Below the pieces are notes generated by a model. That model did no database searches. It was not told where the DNA came from and was given only the letters and a program-made list of their open reading frames with translations. From Flavobacteriales bacterium (GTDB lineage: Bacteria > Bacteroidota > Bacteroidia > Flavobacteriales_F > PHOS-HE28), in contig JADKCV010000001.1 in the NCBI GenBank assembly GCA_016718655.1, forward strand, positions 139,330 through 203,329: a stretch of DNA of 64,000 nucleotides. Reading direction: 5' to 3'. Position numbers and translations under genes: made by a program. Positions 10,378 through 19,412 of the stretch are shown one piece after another; within the stretch, counting starts at the first letter, position 1; every line of letters starts with the position of its first letter.

Positions 10378-11130
10378 ATGAGCACGATCAGCATCCAACA
10401 GCAACAGAGCGACCGCCGAACGGGCATCATCACCACGTTGGTGCTGCACGTATTGATGGTCCTGTTGTTCTTGTTCTTCGGCCTTTCGCAGCCCAACCCG
10501 ATTCCTCCAGAAGTGGGGATCGAACTCGCCTTTGAGGATGCAGGAGGCCTCACCGGCGGCGACCCCGACCCCAACCCCGGCAGTCCGCAGGAGAGCGCCA
10601 CACCCGTGACAGCACCCGCACAACCCGAGGATGTGGTCACCGATGAGGCCAGTGAGGTGGAAGTGCCCAAACCGGTGAAGCCCACCCCGAAGCCAACGCC
10701 GAAGCCCGAGACGCCGAAACCACCCAAGCCCAATCCGAACGCGCTCTTCAACCCATCCACCAACCCCAGCAGTGCGCCTACCAACGGCCCACCAGGTGGG
10801 AACGACACCCCGGGGGAAAAGCCCGGAGGAGGCGGTATCGGCAGCTTCAGTGGCAAGGGATTCAATGGCCGCTTGGATGGCCGCGGCTTCATGCGGGGAC
10901 CCAGTATCAGTGAGAAGCCTAGTGAAGGCGGCAAGGTGGCGCTGGACATCTTCGTGGATCGCAGTGGCAAGGTGACCCGGGTGGCCTTCAACCTTGATCG
11001 CAGCACCACCACCAGTCAGGTGCTGTTCAACTTGGCCCGTAAGGCCGCGCTGCAATGCACCTTCACCGCCGATCCCAATGGACAGGCGGAGCAGAAGGGC
11101 GAAATGACCTTCGTCTTCATCCTCGAATGA
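10378..11130 (+). CDS. energy transducer TonB family protein
   Basis: N-terminal TM, Pro/Lys-rich spacer (PKPVKPTPKPTPKPETPKPPKP) and C-terminal TonB-type domain. The internal ATG at 10378 is preferred over the ORF-track start at 10285. Confidence 0.75.
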   Translation: MSTISIQQQQSDRRTGIITTLVLHVLMVLLFLFFGLSQPNPIPPEVGIELAFEDAGGLTGGDPDPNPGSPQESATPVTAPAQPEDVVTDEASEVEVPKPVKPTPKPTPKPETPKPPKPNPNALFNPSTNPSSAPTNGPPGGNDTPGEKPGGGGIGSFSGKGFNGRLDGRGFMRGPSISEKPSEGGKVALDIFVDRSGKVTRVAFNLDRSTTTSQVLFNLARKAALQCTFTADPNGQAEQKGEMTFVFILE

Positions 11131-12344
11131 CCTACGCGGAGACGCTGGCGTACCTCTACGCGCAGCTTCCCATGTTCCAGCGCATCGGAGCGGCCGCCTA
11201 TAAGGCCGACCTGGGTACCACGTGGGCACTGATGGAAGCCTTGGACCACCCCGAGCGGGACTTGAGGTGCATCCATGTGGCAGGCACCAATGGCAAGGGA
11301 AGCACCAGTCACTTGCTGGCGAGCACCTTGCAGGAGGCCGGGTATCGCACGGGCCTGCACACCTCGCCCCACCTGAAGGACTTCCGCGAGCGCTTCCGTA
11401 TCAATGGGCAAATGGTACCGGAGGAATTGGTGGTCGACTTCGTCACCCGGCACCGCTCCCGCTTGGAGCCGCTCCAACCGTCGTTCTTCGAGTGGGGTGT
11501 GGCCTTCACCTTGTGGTGGTTCCGTGAGCAGTGCGTGGATATCGCAGTGATCGAGACCGGCATGGGTGGGCGCTTGGACAGCACGAACGTGGTGACTCCC
11601 GAGGTCAGTGTGATCACCAACATAGGCTGGGACCATGTCCAGTTCCTTGGGCCTGACCTTCCCTCCATCGCTCGGGAAAAGTCGGGGATCATCAAAGCGG
11701 GTGTGCCTGTGGTCATTGGCGAGGCGGAAGGAGCGGTGGCCGATGTGTTCAAGCAAGTGGCCAGCGATCAGGGTTCCCCACTTCATTTCGTCGATCAGAA
11801 GTCCCCCCTACCCCACCCCAGCGCGTTGGAGGGTGCGCACCAGGTGCGCAACGCACGCACAGCACTTGCGGCGCTGGGCATCCTACAGGACAAGGGCTGG
11901 AACCTGCAGGAGGAGCACATCGCGCGCGGATTCCAACGGGTGGTGCACAACACCGGTCTGAAAGGGCGCTGGCAGGTGCTGGCGGAACCACCGCTCACCA
12001 TTGCCGATGTGGCGCATAATGTGGACGGGATCCGGGTGATCAGGAGCCTGTTGGAATGCACACCCTACGAGGAACTGCACATCGTGTTGGGCATGGTGAG
12101 TGATAAGGATATCAGCGCGGTCCTGGCCGAGTTGCCCCAGCGTGCCCGCTACTACTTCTGCAAAGCCGATATCCCGCGCGGTCTGGATGCTGCAGCCTTG
12201 AAGGACCAAGCCGCGGTTCATGGCCTGCGAGGCACGGTGTTCGCGAGTGTTCAAGAAGCTTACATGGCCGCCCGGAAAGCAGCCACCCACAACGACCTCG
12301 TGCTGGTCACCGGCAGTGTATTCGTAGTGGCCGAAGTGGTGTGA
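11127..12344 (+). CDS. folC: bifunctional folylpolyglutamate synthase / dihydrofolate synthase
   Basis: Mur-ligase-family motifs HVAGTNGKGST and IETGMGGRLD; the ATG overlaps the tonB stop (ATGA). Confidence 0.85.
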   Translation: MTYAETLAYLYAQLPMFQRIGAAAYKADLGTTWALMEALDHPERDLRCIHVAGTNGKGSTSHLLASTLQEAGYRTGLHTSPHLKDFRERFRINGQMVPEELVVDFVTRHRSRLEPLQPSFFEWGVAFTLWWFREQCVDIAVIETGMGGRLDSTNVVTPEVSVITNIGWDHVQFLGPDLPSIAREKSGIIKAGVPVVIGEAEGAVADVFKQVASDQGSPLHFVDQKSPLPHPSALEGAHQVRNARTALAALGILQDKGWNLQEEHIARGFQRVVHNTGLKGRWQVLAEPPLTIADVAHNVDGIRVIRSLLECTPYEELHIVLGMVSDKDISAVLAELPQRARYYFCKADIPRGLDAAALKDQAAVHGLRGTVFASVQEAYMAARKAATHNDLVLVTGSVFVVAEVV

Positions 12345-12352
12345 GGAGAACT

Positions 12353-12366
12353 TCTATATTTGCGGC
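12353..12366 (+). promoter_or_regulatory. Bacteroidota sigma-A -7 element (TAnnTTTG) upstream of tRNA-Val
   Basis: CTATATTTGCGGCC ends 12 nt before the tRNA; the identical 14-mer also lies upstream of the DUF2795 gene at 32535. Confidence 0.5.
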
Positions 12367-12372
12367 CCGTTC

Positions 12373-12447
12373 GGAGGCATAGCTCAGCTGGTTCAGAGCA
12401 TCTGCCTTACAAGCAGAGGGTCGCTGGTTCGAATCCGGCTGCCTCCA
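12373..12447 (+). tRNA. tRNA-Val (anticodon TAC)
   Basis: Cloverleaf folded by hand: acceptor GGAGGCA/TGCCTCC, D-arm GCTC..GAGC, anticodon stem TCTGC/GCAGA with loop CTTACAA, T-arm GCTGG-TTCGAAT-CCGGC. Confidence 0.8.
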
Positions 12448-12468
12448 CAAAGACCCACTTGATTACTT

Positions 12469-12543
12469 GGGATGTTAGCTCAGTCGGTTTAGAGCGCATG
12501 CTTCACACGCATGAGGTCACTGGTTCGAATCCAGTACGTCCCA
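12469..12543 (+). tRNA. tRNA-Val (anticodon CAC)
   Basis: Acceptor GGGATGT/ACGTCCC, anticodon stem CATGC/GCATG with loop TTCACAC, T-arm ACTGG-TTCGAAT-CCAGT. Confidence 0.8.
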
Positions 12544-12544
12544 C

Positions 12545-12576
12545 AAAAGCCCCGCGTATGTGGGGCTTTTTGCGTG
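12545..12576 (+). terminator. rho-independent terminator after tRNA pair
   Basis: AAAGCCCCGC-gtat-GTGGGGCTTTTTG. Confidence 0.7.
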
Positions 12577-12678
12577 TTTTGCCATCCTTTTACGCGTTCA
12601 GAGGATCCCTCACACACCTAGTGTTACAGTGTTGCCACTCGACAGGTGACATCGGATCAGGCGACCGGAACCGTTCTT

Positions 12679-15075
12679 TCAGAACTCCACCATCACTCCG
12701 ATACTCGGGATGACAGTGGCTCCGTCGTTGGGAACGATCCGGGTCAGGTAACGCGAAGGATCGGCAGGGTCCACGGTGGGTTGGCCCGCAGCGTTACGCA
12801 CCACGTCCACGAAGGGAACGCCCGGGAGTTCGGACCCCAATGCGTTCTCCACATCGAAGTACACGTTGAGGGTCCAGCCTTTGAAGTAGTAGCGCTTGTC
12901 CACGCGGGCGTTCAACTGGGTGAAGATGCGCAGTCGCTCCGTATTGATGCGACTGAAATCCAGTACACCTTGTTGGGTGGCGTCCCAGATGGGAATACGC
13001 GACGAGAGTCCCACATCGTAGGGTGTGTAGGGGCCACCGCCTTGCAGCCTGAAGTTCAGGCCCACTTCCCAATCCTTGCGGAGGCGCCTGCCGGCCGTGG
13101 CATTGAGGATATGGCCATAATCCCAGCTGCTGGGGGCGAAACGACCGTCGGCATTGGTGAACTCGCTCTTCACGAAGGTGTAGGACAGGATCCCGTAGAA
13201 GCCCTTGTACAGCTTCTGCTGCGCGAGGAACTCCACCCCATAGGAACGACCGCGCGAATCGGGGGACGCCAGCTCATTCCCGATGACCCCGAAGTCACCG
13301 CCGAGGTTGGCCAAGCTGATGCCCTTGTCCACCAGCAAGGGGTAGCGGTCGTACCACTTGTGGAAGCCCTCCACGGAGAACTTCGCATTGTCGCGTGTGT
13401 AGTATTCCACACCGGCCACCACGTGGTCCGCCTGGATATAGCGGATGCCCCGCTGCAGGTTGAGCAGGCTGCCCGCTGGATCGCGGAAGCCCAGCACAGT
13501 GTAGGGAGGGAGTTGGTAGAAACGCCCGGCATTGGCATTGATGGTGAAGGCATCGTTCACCGCATAGGACAGGGAGAGTCGAGGCGAGAGCTGATCGATC
13601 GGATCGCTCATGTTCACATTGAGCGTGTTGATGTCCGAGCGCAGGCCGAAGGAGCTGGAGAGCTTGCCGAAGGTGCGACTCAACTGGGCGAAGCCCCCGA
13701 ACTTGTCAAGGGAGAGCGAACTGGTGTAATCGACGATCACTGCGTTGCCGGCGATCACGCGCTGGGTATAGGTGTCCGTGCTGTAGCGCGCATGCTCCGC
13801 GTTCACCCCGCCCACGAAGCGCCACGCGCCGAAGTTCATGATGGCCTCGTAGCGGAACTTGTTCTCCTCCTCCTGACTGCCATAACGCAACAGCAAGCCG
13901 GATGCGTCGCTCTCATCGTTGTTCCTGAACTTGCTGGCCTCGTTGAAGAGGTGGCTCCGGCTGACCACGAACGTGTGGAACCCTTTGGCTACGAAGCGAT
14001 CATAACGCGCTCCCACAGTGTAGTTCCATTGGTCGTTCTCCGGGATGTTCCCTAGGATGTAGCGGTTCCGCTCGAAGCGTTCCGCATCAGTTACCCCGTC
14101 GTTGGCCGAAGGGTTCAACTCCACATTGTCATACGCGCCGAGGCCGATGAAGGTGAGCCTTCCCTTGGACCCCATGCGGATGGTATGCTTGAACTGCGCA
14201 TCGTTGTAGATGGGTAGGAAGGGCAGCTTCAGTGCTTGGAAGAGGAACTGCAGGTAGGAACGTCGGACGGAGATGATGGTGGAGGCGTTCTTGCCTGTGG
14301 GTCCATCGAATGTGAATCCCAGATCACTGCTGCCGAGCATGAAGGTGAAGGTGCGCTTCTCGGTGTTGCCTTCGGGTTGTTTGAACTCGAAGACGGAGCT
14401 CAGGGTATTGCCGCGCGCGGCGGGGAACGCGCCGGTGATCACATCCACCTCGCGAATGAAGTTGACGTTGATCATGCCCACAGGCCCACCGCTGGAGCCC
14501 TGCGTGCTGAAGTGGTTGATAGTGGGCACCTCGATGCCATCAAGGTAGAAGCGGTTCTCGTTGGGTGCACCACCTCGAATGATGATATCATTACGGAAAC
14601 TGGCGGTGCTGGCCACGCCGGGAAGAGCCCGGATCACCTTACTGATGTCGCGGTTGCCACCGGGGTTGCGCATGATCTCGGCCGAGCCGATCGTGCGCAC
14701 GGACAACGGACTTTCCTGGGTGCGTGTGAAGGGTTTGCGGGTGATCTCCACCTCCTTGAGCTCGGTGGCGGAGGGCTCCAACGCGATCTCCAGCTCGACG
14801 GGGCGGGCCGTTCCCACTTGCACCTCGGTGATCACGCGGCGCTGGTAACCCACAGAGGATACGACGATATTGTACAGCCCGGGCTTCACGTCGCTCATCG
14901 AGAAGCGACCGTCGATATCGGTGGTGGCCCCCTGCGTGGTACCATCCAGGAGCACGTTCACAAAAGGCAGTGCGGCGCGTGTACGCGCATCGCTCACCAG
15001 CCCCTTCACCACGGCCTGGCTGAATGAAAGACCTGGAACAAGTGAAAGGACAAGACCGGCAAGAAAGGTTCTCAT
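12679..15075 (-). CDS. TonB-dependent outer-membrane receptor (carboxypeptidase-regulatory-like N-domain + plug + barrel)
   Basis: Signal peptide MRTFLAGLVLSLVPGLSFSQA; the motif VKGLVSDARTRAALPFVNVLLDGTTQGATTDIDGRF marks a CarbopepD_reg-like domain; C-terminal barrel ends GVMVEF. Start set to the internal Met. Confidence 0.85.
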   Translation of the reverse strand: MRTFLAGLVLSLVPGLSFSQAVVKGLVSDARTRAALPFVNVLLDGTTQGATTDIDGRFSMSDVKPGLYNIVVSSVGYQRRVITEVQVGTARPVELEIALEPSATELKEVEITRKPFTRTQESPLSVRTIGSAEIMRNPGGNRDISKVIRALPGVASTASFRNDIIIRGGAPNENRFYLDGIEVPTINHFSTQGSSGGPVGMINVNFIREVDVITGAFPAARGNTLSSVFEFKQPEGNTEKRTFTFMLGSSDLGFTFDGPTGKNASTIISVRRSYLQFLFQALKLPFLPIYNDAQFKHTIRMGSKGRLTFIGLGAYDNVELNPSANDGVTDAERFERNRYILGNIPENDQWNYTVGARYDRFVAKGFHTFVVSRSHLFNEASKFRNNDESDASGLLLRYGSQEEENKFRYEAIMNFGAWRFVGGVNAEHARYSTDTYTQRVIAGNAVIVDYTSSLSLDKFGGFAQLSRTFGKLSSSFGLRSDINTLNVNMSDPIDQLSPRLSLSYAVNDAFTINANAGRFYQLPPYTVLGFRDPAGSLLNLQRGIRYIQADHVVAGVEYYTRDNAKFSVEGFHKWYDRYPLLVDKGISLANLGGDFGVIGNELASPDSRGRSYGVEFLAQQKLYKGFYGILSYTFVKSEFTNADGRFAPSSWDYGHILNATAGRRLRKDWEVGLNFRLQGGGPYTPYDVGLSSRIPIWDATQQGVLDFSRINTERLRIFTQLNARVDKRYYFKGWTLNVYFDVENALGSELPGVPFVDVVRNAAGQPTVDPADPSRYLTRIVPNDGATVIPSIGVMVEF

Positions 15076-15309
15076 GGGAGCAGCGGATGGGCCAAACGGG
15101 TGGAACAGCCAGATCGGAGCGTTGTTCGTCCTACGCGATAACGCACAACACAATACCCTGGTGGTCAATTACTTACATAAATGAAGTAGGTGGTTTGGTC
15201 CCCCAATTGTCATGGCAGATCCATTTTGTTTAAGGTTTTCTTGGAAAGATGAAACAATGGTTGCAATCTTTGTTCACTCTTTCGAGCAATACATTAAACA
15301 AATCACATT

Positions 15310-15819
15310 ATGTCCACCCTCGAGTTCCAACAGCAACTGGTCGGCTTGCGTCAGCAACTTTACTACTTCGCGCTCAGTTTGACGAAGGATCGTGAGAATG
15401 CGGCGGACCTTCTTCAGGAGAGCTTGATGCGCGCGCTCACCTACCGGGACAAGTTCCGGGACAACACCAACTTCAAGGCGTGGTTGTACACCATCATGAA
15501 GAACACGTTCATCAACGACCACCGACGCAACAAGCGGAAGAAGGCTTTGATGGACAATGTGGATAGGGAGCGTGAGCAGGTCCGTCGGGTACAAACACCA
15601 GCGAGTACCGAGGCCTCGATGAAGATGTCGGAGATACAGCGTAGCTTGGAGCAATTGGACCCGGCCTTCCGCACGCCCTTCACCATGCACCATGAGGGCT
15701 ACAAGTACCACGAGATCGCCGAACACTTGGGTATACCGATCGGCACGGTCAAAAGCCGCATCTTCCAAGCCCGACAACGCCTCATGGAAATGCTCACCGA
15801 TAAGAACGTCCCCGCCTGA
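15310..15819 (+). CDS. ECF-type RNA polymerase sigma-70 factor
   Basis: Region 2 (FKAWLYTIMKNTFINDHRR) and region 4 HTH (YHEIAEHLGIPIGTVKSRIFQARQRL); stop overlaps crtI start (TGATG). Confidence 0.85.
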   Translation: MSTLEFQQQLVGLRQQLYYFALSLTKDRENAADLLQESLMRALTYRDKFRDNTNFKAWLYTIMKNTFINDHRRNKRKKALMDNVDREREQVRRVQTPASTEASMKMSEIQRSLEQLDPAFRTPFTMHHEGYKYHEIAEHLGIPIGTVKSRIFQARQRLMEMLTDKNVPA

Positions 15820-17327
15820 TGCCCCACGCCATTGTCATCGGTTCCGGGTTCGCCGGCTTGGCCGCTGCTGCCTCTCTTGGACGACAAGGATATGCGGTGA
15901 CCGTGGTGGAGAAGAACGCAACGCCGGGGGGTAGGGCACGCACATGGAGCGAAAAGGGGTTCACTTTCGACATGGGTCCGAGTTTCTATTGGATGCCAGA
16001 AGTGTTCGAACGCTTCTTCCGTGAGCAAGGAACCGCTGTGAAGGAGCTCTATGACCTGGTCCGTCTCGACCCCTCGTACAGTGTGGTCTTCGGACCAGGT
16101 GAGAAATGGGAATTGCCTGCGGACCCCGTCGCACTGCGGGCCTTTTTCGACAGCAAGGAGCCCGGTGCAGGTGCACAGTTGGAACGGTTCTTGGCCGAGG
16201 CCAAGTTGAAGTATGAACTCGGCATGGGTGAACTGGTATATCGGCCTTCTCTTTCTTGGAGCGAATACATGCATCCCGGTCTGATCGGTGGTTTGCTCAA
16301 GACGAAGGTGTTCCGTTCGTTGCGCAAGCATGTGCGCGCTCATTTCACTGATGAACGGTTGCGCCTGCTTATGGAATTTCCGGTGCTGTTCCTGGGAGCG
16401 GCACCGCAGAACACGCCGGCGCTCTACAGCCTGATGAATTATGCCGACATGGAACTGGGTACGTGGTATCCCATGGGCGGCATGGGTAAGGTGGTGGATG
16501 CTTTCGTGCGGGTCGCCGAGCAGAACGGAGCGGTGATCCGCTTGAGCGAACCCGTGAAGCGTGTGGTGGTGGAAGGTGGACGGGCCGTGGGTGTGGAGAC
16601 CAGCAAGGGCATGCTGAAGGCTGATGTGGTAGTGGCGGGTGCCGATTACCATCACGTGGATCAAGAACTTCTGCCCAAGGGTATGAACGCCTACAGCCCA
16701 TCGTATTGGAAAGGAAGGACGATGGCTCCTTCGGGTCTGCTGTTCTATCTGGGATTCGACCGTCGGCTCCCTGATCTGGAACACCATACCCTCTTCTTCG
16801 ACGAATCATTGGACCAGCACTCCGTGGAGATCTACGACCGACCGATGTGGCCGAGCAAACCGTTGTTCTACACGAGTTGTTCCTCCAAGACCGATCCAAG
16901 TGTCGCACCGGACGGTTGCGAGAACATGGTCATCCTCATCCCCATCGCGCCGGGCCTCCCCGACGACGATACGACACGCGAGCGGTACTATGGGATCGTC
17001 ATGGATCGTTTGCGCAAACACCTGGGTTTCGACCCCAGGTCCCACGTCATCCTCAAGCGCAGTTACAGCATCAACGATCTCCGATCCGACTACAACGCCT
17101 TCCAAGGCAATGCCTACGGCATGGCGAACACCATCCTGCAAACAGGTCCCTTGCGTCCGAGCATGAAGAGCAAGAAGATCCGAGGACTCTACTACACCGG
17201 GCAATTGACCGTACCCGGACCAGGAGTGCCACCGGCCATCATCAGCGGTCAGGTGGTCGCAGACCTCATTGTGAACGAACATGCCGTGGCGAGCCGTAAG
17301 GCAGCTGCTCAACCCATGAACGCATGA
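15819..17327 (+). CDS. crtI: phytoene desaturase
   Basis: FAD-binding N-terminus AIVIGSGFAGLAAA; CrtI-family length and motifs. Confidence 0.9.
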   Translation: MPHAIVIGSGFAGLAAAASLGRQGYAVTVVEKNATPGGRARTWSEKGFTFDMGPSFYWMPEVFERFFREQGTAVKELYDLVRLDPSYSVVFGPGEKWELPADPVALRAFFDSKEPGAGAQLERFLAEAKLKYELGMGELVYRPSLSWSEYMHPGLIGGLLKTKVFRSLRKHVRAHFTDERLRLLMEFPVLFLGAAPQNTPALYSLMNYADMELGTWYPMGGMGKVVDAFVRVAEQNGAVIRLSEPVKRVVVEGGRAVGVETSKGMLKADVVVAGADYHHVDQELLPKGMNAYSPSYWKGRTMAPSGLLFYLGFDRRLPDLEHHTLFFDESLDQHSVEIYDRPMWPSKPLFYTSCSSKTDPSVAPDGCENMVILIPIAPGLPDDDTTRERYYGIVMDRLRKHLGFDPRSHVILKRSYSINDLRSDYNAFQGNAYGMANTILQTGPLRPSMKSKKIRGLYYTGQLTVPGPGVPPAIISGQVVADLIVNEHAVASRKAAAQPMNA

Positions 17328-18166
17328 ATAGCGTGGCGCTCTTCGATCAGGTGTGCCAGAAAGCAAGCAAGCACACGACCTATGGTTATAGCACGTCCTT
17401 TTCACTGGGGATCCGCTCGTTGGACAAGCGTTTCCATGCGCCGATCCACGCCATCTATGGTTTCGTGCGGTTCGCCGATGAGATCGTGGACACGTTCCAC
17501 GGCTACGACAAACAGGACCTGCTTCGCCGGTTCCGGGAGGACACACATAGGTCCATTGCCGAGGGGATCAGCCTGAACCCGATCCTACATAGCTTCCAGC
17601 GGGTGGTGAACACCTTCCACATCGAAGCGGAGCTGTATGACACCTTCTTGGACAGTATGGCCATGGACCTCAGGAACACGGCACACGACCAACAGAGCTA
17701 CGAGACCTACATCCTGGGTAGCGCCGAGGTGGTAGGATTGATGTGCCTGCGTGTGTTCTGCGAGGGCGACCATGCGCTCTACGCGAAGCTCAAGCCCGCG
17801 GCCATGAAGTTGGGAGCTGCTTTCCAGAAGGTGAACTTCCTCCGCGACCTGAAGGACGACCACCAGAACCTAGGACGTACGTACTTCCCGGGCATCGATG
17901 TGAACCGGATGGACGCTGTCACCAAGGCGCGGATCGAGGAGGACATCCAACACGACTTCGATGAGGCGCTCATCGGGATCCGTCAGTTACCCAAAGGTGC
18001 TCGGTTCGGGGTGTACATCGCCTACGTCTACTACCTGAACCTCTTCCGCAAGATCAAGGCGCTGCCATTCGACCGGATCCTGAAGGAACGGGTCCGTGTG
18101 CGCAATCGTCGCAAGATCGCCTTGCTCACCACCAGCTATCTACGCCACAGTTTCGGCGCACTATGA
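17324..18166 (+). CDS. crtB: phytoene synthase
   Basis: Squalene/phytoene synthase motifs YGFVRFADEIVD and AFQKVNFLRDLKDD; ATGA overlap with crtI. Confidence 0.9.
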   Translation: MNSVALFDQVCQKASKHTTYGYSTSFSLGIRSLDKRFHAPIHAIYGFVRFADEIVDTFHGYDKQDLLRRFREDTHRSIAEGISLNPILHSFQRVVNTFHIEAELYDTFLDSMAMDLRNTAHDQQSYETYILGSAEVVGLMCLRVFCEGDHALYAKLKPAAMKLGAAFQKVNFLRDLKDDHQNLGRTYFPGIDVNRMDAVTKARIEEDIQHDFDEALIGIRQLPKGARFGVYIAYVYYLNLFRKIKALPFDRILKERVRVRNRRKIALLTTSYLRHSFGAL

Positions 18167-18714
18167 ACATGGACCATCCTACGGAGGAGCTGGTGTTGTT
18201 GGTGAATGAACGGGATGAGGCCGTGGGTACCATGGGCAAGTTGCGTGCCCATCAGGAAGGTGCGCTGCACCGAGCGTTCAGCGTCTTCCTGTTCGATGAT
18301 CAAGGCCGCTTGCTCCTACAGAAACGGGCTGTAGGAAAGTACCATAGCGGTGGCCTATGGACCAATACATGTTGCAGCCATCCCCGGCCGGATGAAACCG
18401 TGGTGGACGCAGCGCGAAGGAGGCTCCGTGAGGAGATGGGCATCGATACCGAAGTGGCCCCGCGCTTCAGCTTCCTATACAAGGCTCATTTCGAGAACGG
18501 CCTTTACGAGCATGAACTCGACCATGTCCTGTTCGGCCAATGGTCGGGGGTGGCCACGCCCGATCCCGATGAGGCCGAGGATTGGCGTTACATGCATCTC
18601 CATGAGATCGCGGCGGACATGGCCCTGCATCCGGAACACTACACGATCTGGTTGCGCACCTGCTGGGACCAGGTGTGCGCCCACGCGCCAACGCGCGACA
18701 AGAGTCCCCATTGA
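18163..18714 (+). CDS. idi: isopentenyl-diphosphate delta-isomerase (type 1, Nudix)
   Basis: LHRAFSVFLFDDQGRLLLQKRA, NTCCSHP and Nudix box RRLREEMGI. Confidence 0.9.
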   Translation: MNMDHPTEELVLLVNERDEAVGTMGKLRAHQEGALHRAFSVFLFDDQGRLLLQKRAVGKYHSGGLWTNTCCSHPRPDETVVDAARRRLREEMGIDTEVAPRFSFLYKAHFENGLYEHELDHVLFGQWSGVATPDPDEAEDWRYMHLHEIAADMALHPEHYTIWLRTCWDQVCAHAPTRDKSPH

Positions 18715-18725
18715 ACCCGACCACG

Positions 18726-19412
18726 ATGTTGATGAAGAAGAACGGTGCGGTGATCACGCTGCATGGACAGTGCGACCCGTTGGAACATTTGGAACTGCTC
18801 GGCCAGGTGGACACACCTCTGCGCGCGGATGCCTTCGATCTCTCGGAGACCGAGAAGGTGGCTCGTATTGCTGAACATTTCAAAGGCATCATGGATACCT
18901 TGGGACTCGACCTCACGGACGACAGTCTGAAAGGCACGCCATTGCGCGTGGCCAAGATGTATGTCAACGAGGTGTTCAGTGGATTGCACCCGGATAACAA
19001 GCCGACACCCACCCTCTTCGCCAACAAGTTCGGTTACCAGGGCATGTTGGTGGAGCGCGACATCACGGTGCACAGCTTCTGCGAGCACCACTTCGTGCCC
19101 ATCATCGGCAGGGCCACCGTGGCCTACTTCAGCAGCGGCCAGGTCATCGGGCTCAGTAAATTGGACCGCATCGTGAAGTACTATGCCTCACGCCCGCAGG
19201 TGCAGGAAAGGCTCACGGAGCAGATCGCTGCGGAATTGAAATTGGTGCTGCGCACGGACGACGTGGCGGTACTCATCGACGCCGAGCACATGTGCGTGAA
19301 GCTTCGCGGAGTGAAGGACGAGTGCTCAAGCACGGTCACGAGCCATTTCAGCGGTCGCTTCGAGGAGGAAGGTGTCCGGCAGGAATTCCTGGCATACCTG
19401 CACCGCAAGTGA
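18726..19412 (+). CDS. folE: GTP cyclohydrolase I
   Basis: GLDLTDDSLKGTPLRVAKMY, FCEHHFVPI and QVQERLTEQIA motifs; start set to the internal Met MLMKKNG. Confidence 0.85.
   Translation: MLMKKNGAVITLHGQCDPLEHLELLGQVDTPLRADAFDLSETEKVARIAEHFKGIMDTLGLDLTDDSLKGTPLRVAKMYVNEVFSGLHPDNKPTPTLFANKFGYQGMLVERDITVHSFCEHHFVPIIGRATVAYFSSGQVIGLSKLDRIVKYYASRPQVQERLTEQIAAELKLVLRTDDVAVLIDAEHMCVKLRGVKDECSSTVTSHFSGRFEEEGVRQEFLAYLHRK

Noticed and set aside
10000-11229. 409-aa and 283-aa minus-strand ORFs across exbD/tonB
   Set aside because: They run antisense to a well-supported ExbD-TonB-FolC series with translational coupling, and have Pro/Gly-rich low-complexity composition.
12646-15027. Large plus-strand ORFs (469 aa, 263 aa) antisense to the TonB-dependent receptor
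   Set aside because: Antisense GC artefacts with no domain features; the receptor on the minus strand is well supported.
15699-16787. 362-aa minus-strand ORF antisense to crtI
   Set aside because: Same reasoning: crtI on the plus strand is intact with an FAD-binding motif.
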